Shown here one piece after another: positions 20,683 through 28,407 of a stretch of DNA of 64,000 nt. The DNA is from a bacterium (GTDB taxonomy: Bacteria; RBG-13-61-14; DATKZS01). Numbering within the stretch: position 1 is the stretch's first letter; every line of letters begins with the position of its first letter. The notes below the pieces were generated by a model, which searched no databases, was not told the origin of the DNA, and was given only the letters and a program-made list of their open reading frames with translations. The translations under genes and the position numbers were made by a program. The stretch lies in the NCBI GenBank assembly GCA_963674965.2, contig CAXXFL010000001.1, positions 160,001 to 224,000 on the forward strand, given 5' to 3'.

Positions 20683-22197
20683 ATGAGCAAAATAATTGGA
20701 ATAGACCTTGGCACGACGAACTCATGCGCGTCGATCGTCGAAAAGGGACAGCCTAAAGTCATCCCCTTCGCGAAGGGCTACCTGACCATACCCTCGGTCG
20801 TGGCCTTCACCCAGGAGGATGAGCTTTTAGTCGGACCCGACGCCGTCAGACAATCTCTCAACAACCCGGAGAACACCATCTATGGGTCGAAACGGCTGAT
20901 GGGCAGACAATACTCGTCCTTCATCGTCCAGCGGGTGAAAAAGCTTTTCCACTACGAGATAGTCGAGGGAGACGGAGGGGAATGCTCGGTCATCGGCAAC
21001 GGCCACCCCTTCACCATTCCCGAGATATCCTCGATGATCCTCCGGGCCATCAAGCAGTCGGCCCAGGAACACCTCGAGGTCGACGACCTCAAGGCCGTCA
21101 TCACGGTCCCCGCCTACTTCACCGACCGCCAGCGCTCGGCCGTCCGGGAGGCCGGAAAGATGGCGGGTCTCGAGGTCCTCCGCATTATCAACGAGCCCAC
21201 CGCCGCGGCCCTCGCCTTCGGCTACAGGAAGGGCGGCGACAAGAAGATAGTGATCTACGACCTCGGGGGCGGGACCTTCGACGTCTCGGTCCTCGAGCTG
21301 GGCGAGGGCGTCTACCGGGTCCTGGCCACTTACGGCGACACCTTCCTGGGCGGCGTCGATTTCGACAACCGCCTGGTCGAGCACCTTATCAACCGCATGC
21401 TCCGGGACCAGAGGGTCGACCTCATCGGCGACAGGGTGGCCCTGCAAAGGGTCCGCATGGCGGCCGAGGAGGCCAAGAAGGAGCTGTCCCTTCGCAACGA
21501 GACCCACATCCATCTGCCCTATATCGCCACCGGCCTGTCCGGTCCCGTCGAGATGAACTACACCATAACCAGGGGCGAGTTCCAGACCATGGTCAGTTCC
21601 CTGGTGGACAAGACCATCGAGATTTGCCAGGTCGCCCTCGAGATGGCCCAGACCTCGCGCGAGGAAATCCACGACGTGGTGCTGGTGGGCGGCCAGACCC
21701 GCATGCCCCTCATCTGGGAAAAGATCAAGGAATACTTCGGCAAAAGCCCGTCCAAGGGCGTCCATCCCGACGAGGTCGTGGCCATGGGAGCGGCCATCAT
21801 GGCCGACATTATCTCGAGCGGCGAAACCGGGGTCCTGCTTTTGGACGTGGTCCCCCTTTCCATCGGGCTCAAGCTGGGAAACAACAAGTTCAAGGTGCTT
21901 ATTCCCCGCAACAGCCAGACGCCGGTCAAGAAGACCGAGACCTTCACCACCGGGAAGGACGACCAGAAAAACATCAAGCTCACCATTTTGCAGGGCGAGT
22001 CGGAAGAGGCGGACAAGAACGAGCTCCTGGCCAAGGTCCTCATCACCGACCTTCCTCCCGCCAAAAAAGGAGAACTACAGATTCTTACCTCCTTTACCGT
22101 CAACGCCGACGGCATCCTCAACGTGACGGCCGAGGTCAAGGGCACGGGGCAAAAGGTGGAAACCATCATCTCACAGAGGGGCGGACAAAAAGATTAA
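20683..22197 (+). CDS. Hsp70/DnaK paralog lacking the C-terminal lid
   Basis: IGIDLGTTNS, TVPAYF, EPTAAA, DLGGGTFD, VLLLDV linker; ends after the beta substrate-binding domain at 504 aa. Confidence 0.9.
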   Translation: MSKIIGIDLGTTNSCASIVEKGQPKVIPFAKGYLTIPSVVAFTQEDELLVGPDAVRQSLNNPENTIYGSKRLMGRQYSSFIVQRVKKLFHYEIVEGDGGECSVIGNGHPFTIPEISSMILRAIKQSAQEHLEVDDLKAVITVPAYFTDRQRSAVREAGKMAGLEVLRIINEPTAAALAFGYRKGGDKKIVIYDLGGGTFDVSVLELGEGVYRVLATYGDTFLGGVDFDNRLVEHLINRMLRDQRVDLIGDRVALQRVRMAAEEAKKELSLRNETHIHLPYIATGLSGPVEMNYTITRGEFQTMVSSLVDKTIEICQVALEMAQTSREEIHDVVLVGGQTRMPLIWEKIKEYFGKSPSKGVHPDEVVAMGAAIMADIISSGETGVLLLDVVPLSIGLKLGNNKFKVLIPRNSQTPVKKTETFTTGKDDQKNIKLTILQGESEEADKNELLAKVLITDLPPAKKGELQILTSFTVNADGILNVTAEVKGTGQKVETIISQRGGQKD

Positions 22198-22987
22198 TCC
22201 CATCAAGACCGGATACGCGTCTCTTCTGATCGCCCTCGCGGCCGCTCTCTTTCCCTTTTCATCCCCGGCCGAGAGTACCGTCGGGCCCCGCTTAAAGGAA
22301 TACTTTAAAGACCAGTTCATCGTCCACCTGAGGGACGGAGCCAAGGCGACCTTTTTGGACTCGAGAAACCTCATGTGGCTGGGAGCCGGGGCCGCCATGA
22401 CCGCGGGCGCCCATCAATACGACGGCGACGCGCAAGATTACTTCCGCGAGCGTCCCATGAACGAGTCGGCCTCGGATTTCGGGAACCAGGTCTGGGGAGA
22501 CGGGCTTTTCCAGGCCGGCCTGGCCGCCTCCATCATGATGACGGGCTACGCCGCCGGGGACCCTCAAACCTCGGATCTGGGAGAGACCCTGGCCGAGGCC
22601 CTTATCATCCAGGGCATTACGGTCAACCTGATCAAACCCGTCGCCGGCAGGGAAAGACCCAACGGCGAAAACGACCTTTCCTTTCCCTCCGGCCATACCT
22701 CGACCGCCTTTTGCACGGCCGCCGTCCTCCACGACCGCCTGGGCCTGTGGGCCGGCCTCCCGGCCTACGCCCTCGCCGCCATGACGGGGGCCGCCCGTAT
22801 TGACGACGAGGCGCATTACCTTTCCGACGTGGTCATGGGGGCGGCCATCGGCGCGGTCACGGGCTACGCCGTCTCGAGGTCGCGGGACGACCGGCCTTTC
22901 CGGCCCCGGCCCGGCGTGAAGCCCGTGGCCGTCGTGCCCTTTTACTCTCCCCAGGGCAGGGGCCTGGCCCTGGTCGTTCCTCTTTGA
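22193..22987 (+). CDS. PAP2-family phosphatase, probably secreted/membrane
   Basis: KxxxxRERP, SFPSGH, RIDDEAHYLSDV motifs; frame open upstream of track start 22355 to a signal-peptide-like segment beginning at ATT 22193 (start uncertain). Confidence 0.85.
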   Translation: MNPIKTGYASLLIALAAALFPFSSPAESTVGPRLKEYFKDQFIVHLRDGAKATFLDSRNLMWLGAGAAMTAGAHQYDGDAQDYFRERPMNESASDFGNQVWGDGLFQAGLAASIMMTGYAAGDPQTSDLGETLAEALIIQGITVNLIKPVAGRERPNGENDLSFPSGHTSTAFCTAAVLHDRLGLWAGLPAYALAAMTGAARIDDEAHYLSDVVMGAAIGAVTGYAVSRSRDDRPFRPRPGVKPVAVVPFYSPQGRGLALVVPL

Positions 22988-23035
22988 CTCGCGTCCGCTT
23001 CATTGGCCGGGATTAGGGCGTTATATTATATGCTC

Positions 23036-25030
23036 ATGGTTTCCGACTACGAGAGGGAGGTCAAGTGGTTCCTGGGTCCGAAGGGCCCCTTGGCCGAGAG
23101 CCTCGAGCGCTATGAGGACCGGCCCGACCAGATAAGGATGGCGGGCTCGGTGCTGAGCGCCCTCGAGAAGCGGTCCATTTTAATCGTCGAGGCGGGAACG
23201 GGCACGGGCAAGACCCTGGCCTACCTGGTTCCGGCCATCTACTCGGGGGGAAGGGTCGTCATCTCGACCGGCACCAAGGCCCTGCAGGAACAGCTCGTGA
23301 ACAAGGACCTGCCGGTCCTCACCCGGCGCTTCAAGATCGAGGCGGCGGTGATGAAGGGGAGGAACAACTACCTCTGCCGCCGCAGGTACCGCGAGTTCGG
23401 CATGGCCCCCACCTTCCGCTTCCGCGAGGAAATCCCCTTTTACGAGCGCGTAAGGGATTGGGCGTCCGCCACCAAAACCGGGGACCGGGCCGAGATAAGG
23501 GACCTGCCCGACGAGTTCTCGGCCTGGCGCGAGATAAGCTCGACCAGCGAGCAGTGCGTGGGCCAGAAGTGCGAGTTCTTCGACGACTGCTTCGTCACCA
23601 GGATGAGGGCCAGGGCCCAGATGGCGGACGTCGTGGTGGTGAACCACCACCTCTTCTTCGCCAACATGTCCATCCCCAAGGAGGCCCAGGTGAACCTCAT
23701 ACCCTCGTACCAGGCGGCCATACTGGACGAGGCCCACGGCTTGGCCGAGACGGCGGCAGAGTACTTCGGCGCCCAGGTCAGCACCTGGAGGGTGGACGAC
23801 CTGGCCCGCGATATAAGGCGCATGGAGAGGATCGGGGAGGTGGACGTGGACGACCTTGCCGCCATGCTCAAGTCCCTCGAGACGGCGGAGGAGGCCTGCC
23901 GCTCCGCCTTCAAGACCATCGCCCGGGCCGGCGCCAGAGGCATGGCCCTGGACGGCGCTCGCTTCTCCATCGCCGAGATCAAGGACAGGGGCTCCGTCCT
24001 CGAGGAGTCGGAAAGGGCCTCGACGGAGCTTCTCTTCCTGGCCAGGGCCCTGGCGGGGTTCGGGAGAAAGGACGAGTACGTCATGAACCTGGCCGGACGG
24101 GCCCAGGCCCTGTCCGAGGACTTCGCCTTCATCATCACCCGGGACGAGCCGGACCACGTGTACTGGGCCGAGACCAGGGGAAGGGGAGTCATCCTCCGGG
24201 CCAGCCCCATCGAGCTCGGGCCCATCATGGAGCAAAAGCTCTTCAGCGACGAGACCCCCATCGTGTTCACCTCGGCCACCCTGGCCGTGCAGGACAAAAA
24301 GAGGTGGTCTTATTCCCACTTCAAGTCCGAGATCGGACTCGAGGGGACCGAGCGGGAAGTTACCGAGATACACCTGCCCTCCAGCTACGACTGGAAAAAA
24401 CAGGCCATACTCTACGTGCCGCGCCATTTGCCCGACCCCTCGTCCCCCGACTTCATCGTCGAGGCGTCAAGGGAAATGCTGAGGATTCTCCGCATCAGCA
24501 AGGGACGGGCCTTTTTGCTTTTCACCAGCTACAGGAACCTCGAGGCCGCCCACGAGCTGCTCGAGCCGCACCTGGACTTCCCCGCCCTCAAGCAGGGAGA
24601 CGCGCCCAAGGGAGAGCTGCTCGAGGAGTTCAGGCGCGACGAAAGCTCGGTCCTCTTCGCCACCCAGAGCTTCTGGGAGGGGGTGGACGTGGCGGGCAAG
24701 TCCCTCTCCTGCGTGATCGTGGACAAGCTGCCCTTCGCCTCGCCCGGCGACCCGCTCACCTCGGCCAAGATCGAGCGCGTTCGCAAAAACGGCGGCAACC
24801 CCTTCATGGATTTCCAGCTCCCCCGCGCCGTCATCTCCCTCAAGCAGGGCCTGGGCAGGCTCATCCGCTCCCGCGAGGACTACGGCGTCCTCGCCGTCCT
24901 CGACGGCCGCCTCCACAAAAAGCGCTACGGCAAGACCTTCCTCGACAGCCTCCCCCCCGCCCCAATAACCGACAAACGCGAGGACCTCGCCGCGTTCATG
25001 GAAGAAAAGGAAGGAGGGGGAAAGGGGTGA
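23036..25030 (+). CDS. dinG: ATP-dependent DNA helicase DinG/YoaA family
   Basis: EAGTGTGKT, Fe-S cysteines, DEAH, SATL, FWEGVD, QGLGRLIR; start probably ATG 23036 (or 23030). Confidence 0.92.
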   Translation: MVSDYEREVKWFLGPKGPLAESLERYEDRPDQIRMAGSVLSALEKRSILIVEAGTGTGKTLAYLVPAIYSGGRVVISTGTKALQEQLVNKDLPVLTRRFKIEAAVMKGRNNYLCRRRYREFGMAPTFRFREEIPFYERVRDWASATKTGDRAEIRDLPDEFSAWREISSTSEQCVGQKCEFFDDCFVTRMRARAQMADVVVVNHHLFFANMSIPKEAQVNLIPSYQAAILDEAHGLAETAAEYFGAQVSTWRVDDLARDIRRMERIGEVDVDDLAAMLKSLETAEEACRSAFKTIARAGARGMALDGARFSIAEIKDRGSVLEESERASTELLFLARALAGFGRKDEYVMNLAGRAQALSEDFAFIITRDEPDHVYWAETRGRGVILRASPIELGPIMEQKLFSDETPIVFTSATLAVQDKKRWSYSHFKSEIGLEGTEREVTEIHLPSSYDWKKQAILYVPRHLPDPSSPDFIVEASREMLRILRISKGRAFLLFTSYRNLEAAHELLEPHLDFPALKQGDAPKGELLEEFRRDESSVLFATQSFWEGVDVAGKSLSCVIVDKLPFASPGDPLTSAKIERVRKNGGNPFMDFQLPRAVISLKQGLGRLIRSREDYGVLAVLDGRLHKKRYGKTFLDSLPPAPITDKREDLAAFMEEKEGGGKG

Positions 25031-25058
25031 AGGGGGGGTGAGAGATTATCGCATTTTT

Positions 25059-25667
25059 TTATGTGAAGCTTGCAATGCGATTCTCGTCTTGATGCTTCAA
25101 TATTTCTGCTATCACCTCATCATCAAACTCGAATAAAATTGTTGTTAGTTTTCTAATTGAGTCTATAAATGCAATCAAAATTAATGTACTAGGCATTTTC
25201 ATATCATCGTATTTTTCCAGTTGTTGCCTTTTTTCGCCGTCTATATGAAAATATTTGCCATTTAAATACCAATCGATTATTTGCTCTCTAGATGGAGAAA
25301 ACTCCTGTCTTTCAAACCTACAATTAAATCCTCCGACATTAATATCCCTGTCCGCATTAACTTTTTTCCAAGATTCAAATGCATTACGTTCTTTGGAAAT
25401 AATTTTGTCATCCTTGACGTTTTTTTCTATTATATTCCGAATATGAAAGAAATTAACTGGTTCATCATTAAGAATAAACACCCTAAAATCTACTATCATG
25501 GATTGTATAGCCGTTTTGTCAGGCCCTTCAAAAGTTACCCTCTCAACTCCCGTTTCAAAATCATATCTACTTTTTAACGACATTCTTTTGAAAAAGCCCG
25601 CGTTATGCCTTAGTTCATCGACTCTTTTATGAAAGAGTATTAGTTTATTTAAATCATCATTATTCAT
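25059..25667 (-). CDS. AT-rich hypothetical helical protein (possible divergent HEPN-like)
   Basis: 202-aa ORF, far more AT-rich than host genes; LNGKYFHxD motif. Confidence 0.7.
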   Translation of the reverse strand: MNNDDLNKLILFHKRVDELRHNAGFFKRMSLKSRYDFETGVERVTFEGPDKTAIQSMIVDFRVFILNDEPVNFFHIRNIIEKNVKDDKIISKERNAFESWKKVNADRDINVGGFNCRFERQEFSPSREQIIDWYLNGKYFHIDGEKRQQLEKYDDMKMPSTLILIAFIDSIRKLTTILFEFDDEVIAEILKHQDENRIASFT

Positions 25668-25767
25668 GGGCTATTTATATCTATTGTCAATTGAAATAGA
25701 ATGAAAGCCAGTGAGCTATCTACGACTTAGTATCAATCCACACGAACATATTGCCTTAAGATACCTC

Positions 25768-26139
25768 TTAAGCAATGCCATACTTTTTAACATCTCCGGT
25801 ATATGTCACCTTTACACCGGTCTTAGAGCAAACAAGCTCGGTCTCTGTAGACATGTCAATATCAAGGTCTTCACCCCGTAGCCCTTGCCATTGCGCCAGA
25901 TATAAATGAGTGCCGTACTTTTTCTTATTCTTCGTATCCCTTTCTACTCCGCCTTTCCATCCCAGGGGTGGGAGTTCTCCGTTTCTTGCCCGCTTCGCTA
26001 GCCCCGGCTTTTCTTTACTTAATCTTCTACCGACCTCCCAGCAAGTTATCAGCCCCCTATCACTGCCCGTCCAACGCTCATCGTAAGACGCGCCCACTCT
26101 TTCGGGTACTCCGCGGGATCGAAAAACTCTTTGCTCCAT
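25768..26139 (-). CDS. Hypothetical protein, coupled to upstream exonuclease
   Basis: 123-aa ORF, AGGAG SD, 9-nt gap from the exonuclease stop. Confidence 0.7.
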   Translation of the reverse strand: MEQRVFRSRGVPERVGASYDERWTGSDRGLITCWEVGRRLSKEKPGLAKRARNGELPPLGWKGGVERDTKNKKKYGTHLYLAQWQGLRGEDLDIDMSTETELVCSKTGVKVTYTGDVKKYGIA

Positions 26140-26148
26140 GTGCCTCTC

Positions 26149-26898
26149 CTATTTCTTCAGGCCATGCAATACTTCTTGGAGGATGCCTTTAATTTCATCC
26201 TCTTCCAGAACGTCGAGATACTCGTCATCAAGCGCTTCCTTAGTTTTAGCGAAAAGATGTTTGTAACGGCTCGCAACTTCAGTATGATCTTCTAGCCAAT
26301 AGAGAAGCCCATATACTTCTTTGTAGTTCACCTCGTTATCTGCAAGTATGCCTTTGATTAATCCTGTAAATTCTGAGATGTCGGTTTCAACCGACTTTGA
26401 AAAATCTATTCCCGATTCTCCAATGAGGTTGAGAAATATTTTTGCACAAGTAACAGCATCCTCTCCGGCATCATGGTGTTGAAACGCCGGAAGGCCGAAA
26501 TGCTTCGCCAAGGTTTTCAATTTATGGTTTTTCAGATCGGGTAATTGTCTTTTTGCCATTGCGCACGTATCAATATATTCAAAGCATAATCCTATGTCAT
26601 AGTGATTAGAAAGCGCGTTTAAGACCTGTTTATCAAATATGCTATGGGCCACCAACTGATAGTTGAATATTTCTTCTATTGTCGGAAAGAGTTCTAAAAA
26701 ATTCGGTTTATCATTAGTGTGATCTTCCTTTATGCCGTGTATTTTAGATTGGAAGGAAGCATGGCCGCCAACCGGTTTCATTAGGAAACTTTTCGTTTCT
26801 AAGATTTCGCAATTTGAAACCTTAGCGTAGCCGATAGAACAGGCGCTAACTCTTTGCGGGTTTGCAGTTTCGAAATCGACTGCAACGAATTCTTTCAT
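26149..26898 (-). CDS. DEDDh 3'-5' exonuclease with extra C-terminal helical domain
   Basis: VDFET (ExoI), AHSIFD (ExoII), HHDAGEDA (ExoIII); AGGAG SD; tail GLIKGILADNEVN...LLYWL. Confidence 0.85.
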   Translation of the reverse strand: MKEFVAVDFETANPQRVSACSIGYAKVSNCEILETKSFLMKPVGGHASFQSKIHGIKEDHTNDKPNFLELFPTIEEIFNYQLVAHSIFDKQVLNALSNHYDIGLCFEYIDTCAMAKRQLPDLKNHKLKTLAKHFGLPAFQHHDAGEDAVTCAKIFLNLIGESGIDFSKSVETDISEFTGLIKGILADNEVNYKEVYGLLYWLEDHTEVASRYKHLFAKTKEALDDEYLDVLEEDEIKGILQEVLHGLKK

Positions 26899-27100
26899 CT
26901 GTTTCTCCTACATGTAAATCCATTTACTGCAGAAAGATTAGCATCAAAATATTCTTTTAGTTTTTTCTCGTGCTCTTTCTTCCTTGAGATGAGCCCTCCA
27001 GGTTATCTGTCGGTAGTTGGCCTCCCGACAGACTTCTCTTAAGTTTACCTTTCCGAGTTCAATCTACATAAGTCTAGACCTGCTTGTCAAGTTCTTCCGC

Positions 27101-27139
27101 GGGTGGCCCGGATAGCTTTGCTATCTGGGCGCCGAAGGC
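27101..27139 (+). repeat. REP-like palindromic repeat, copy 1
   Basis: GGGTGGCCCGGATAGCTTTGCTATCTGGGCGCCGAAGGC; stem GCCCGGATAGC/GCTATCTGGGC. Confidence 0.9.
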
Positions 27140-27187
27140 GCGGGAAAGGGGCGACGGCCCGCCGGGCGCGTGCATGTCAATCCAACG

Positions 27188-27226
27188 GCTTCCGCCGCGC
27201 GGATAGGCGAGCTATCCGCGCCACCC
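27188..27226 (-). repeat. REP-like repeat, inverted variant copy
   Basis: Reverse complement reads GGGTGGCGCGGATAGCTCGCCTATCCGCGCGGCGGAAGC, same length as copy 1 with a compensatory stem change. Confidence 0.8.
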
Positions 27227-27249
27227 ATGATCGCGGCCTGGCGAGGAAG

Positions 27250-27288
27250 GGGTGGCCCGGATAGCTTTGCTATCTGGGCGCCGAAGGC
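27250..27288 (+). repeat. REP-like palindromic repeat, copy 2
   Basis: 39 nt identical to copy 1. Confidence 0.9.
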
Positions 27289-27485
27289 CGGCGGAAAGAT
27301 GGGGTCGCGAGAGGGCGGGGCGGAATACCCATCCCGCCGCGCGGGACCCGCGAGGCTTCTTCGCAACCGGACGGGACGCCCGTCTCGCTCAATTGACTTT
27401 TGATTATATAGTATGCCATGCTATATCTTACAATTTGGTATCCGCAAGTCTTTAAAATGGTCGGTCCAGAGTCAAGGAGGTCAAA

Positions 27486-27878
27486 ATGGACGCAAATGAA
27501 TTAACGGAAATATTTGTAAAGTATTACAGATGGTCGGAAGAACCGGTTAAACTTGCCTTGCGAGCCCGTTTCAAATGTGAATATTGCGGCCGAGATTTCC
27601 TGGCCTCCGCCAATGATTACGATTCTTGGCAGGTGGACCATATAATCCCCACTTCTAAAGGCGGCGGCGATGAATTCGACAACAAAGCGGCTTCATGTAA
27701 GACCTGTAATTTTATCAAAAAGAACTGGCTGCCCGATGATTTTTCTCAACTGACAAGGAAGGAGAAAATAGAAAGAGTCAAGCGGTTCATCGCCTCAAAA
27801 AGGGCCATAAAAGAAAATGAGGTCATGGAAATGAGAGAAGCGGTTGAAGATTTACTGTGGGGTAAAATAAACGCTTGA
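27486..27878 (+). CDS. HNH endonuclease (McrA-like)
   Basis: CEYCG...VDHIIPTSKGG...N...CKTCN; AAGGAGG SD. Confidence 0.88.
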   Translation: MDANELTEIFVKYYRWSEEPVKLALRARFKCEYCGRDFLASANDYDSWQVDHIIPTSKGGGDEFDNKAASCKTCNFIKKNWLPDDFSQLTRKEKIERVKRFIASKRAIKENEVMEMREAVEDLLWGKINA

Positions 27879-27903
27879 GTAAACTTTCGAGTGGGCTAAT
27901 CGC

Positions 27904-27938
27904 GGCCCGGATAGCTTTGCTATCTGGGCGCCGAAGGC
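27904..27938 (+). repeat. REP-like palindromic repeat, copy 3
   Basis: 35-nt core identical to copies 1 and 2; sits between the convergent HNH and small Cys-rich genes. Confidence 0.9.
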
Positions 27939-27976
27939 TGTGTGGCGCATACGGTTTTTCCAAAAACCGCGGGCTT

Positions 27977-28243
27977 CTAGATATATTCCTTAGGAACGGC
28001 TTTAAGTTGTTCCTCAACTGTCCAGTCATCAGGTTTCTCCTTTTCGTGAAACCATTTAGCTCCATCATTAATCCATTTTTCACGATATTGTATAATCCCA
28101 TTAATGGTTGAATCTTCATAACCAAATTCAACTCCACAACATGAAAAGATAATATAGGTCGGACTCCGGCCATCTTCTCCCCAAATCGGTTCTCCCTGGT
28201 CAAGGCCACATACTCTGCATCTGTTTTTATCATTAATTGGCAT
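27977..28243 (-). CDS. Small Cys-rich protein resembling orphan immunity-type (CPCC-like) proteins
   Basis: CRVCG...WGEDGRSPTY.I.SCCGVEFGYED...YREKW...W..EEQL; GGAG SD before ATG 28243; AT-rich. Confidence 0.65.
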   Translation of the reverse strand: MPINDKNRCRVCGLDQGEPIWGEDGRSPTYIIFSCCGVEFGYEDSTINGIIQYREKWINDGAKWFHEKEKPDDWTVEEQLKAVPKEYI

Positions 28244-28407
28244 TGAAAGACTCCGTTGAAAGAAAATCCCCCTAACCCACCCTCTTTGCTCCCCTATATA
28301 GCGGCTATCTAGGCTATCCGGTATCCGGCACATTGCGCCTGCCGTGCGGAGTACCCATCCCGCGACGGGGGGCGGTTTTTTGCAAAATCGTCCGGGGCAT
28401 TACCCCG

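Noticed and set aside
25009..25040. G-quadruplex at the dinG/island boundary
   Set aside because: Only three tracts of three or more G, partly explained by Gly codons.
27101..27938. 35-39-nt palindromic direct repeats as a CRISPR array
   Set aside because: Gaps of about 114 and 615 nt, one containing a whole gene, an inverted copy between them, and no cas genes.
25059..28333. Integron cassette array
   Set aside because: Genes are in mixed orientation, I found no RYYYAAC...GTTRRRY attC boxes, and there is no integrase.
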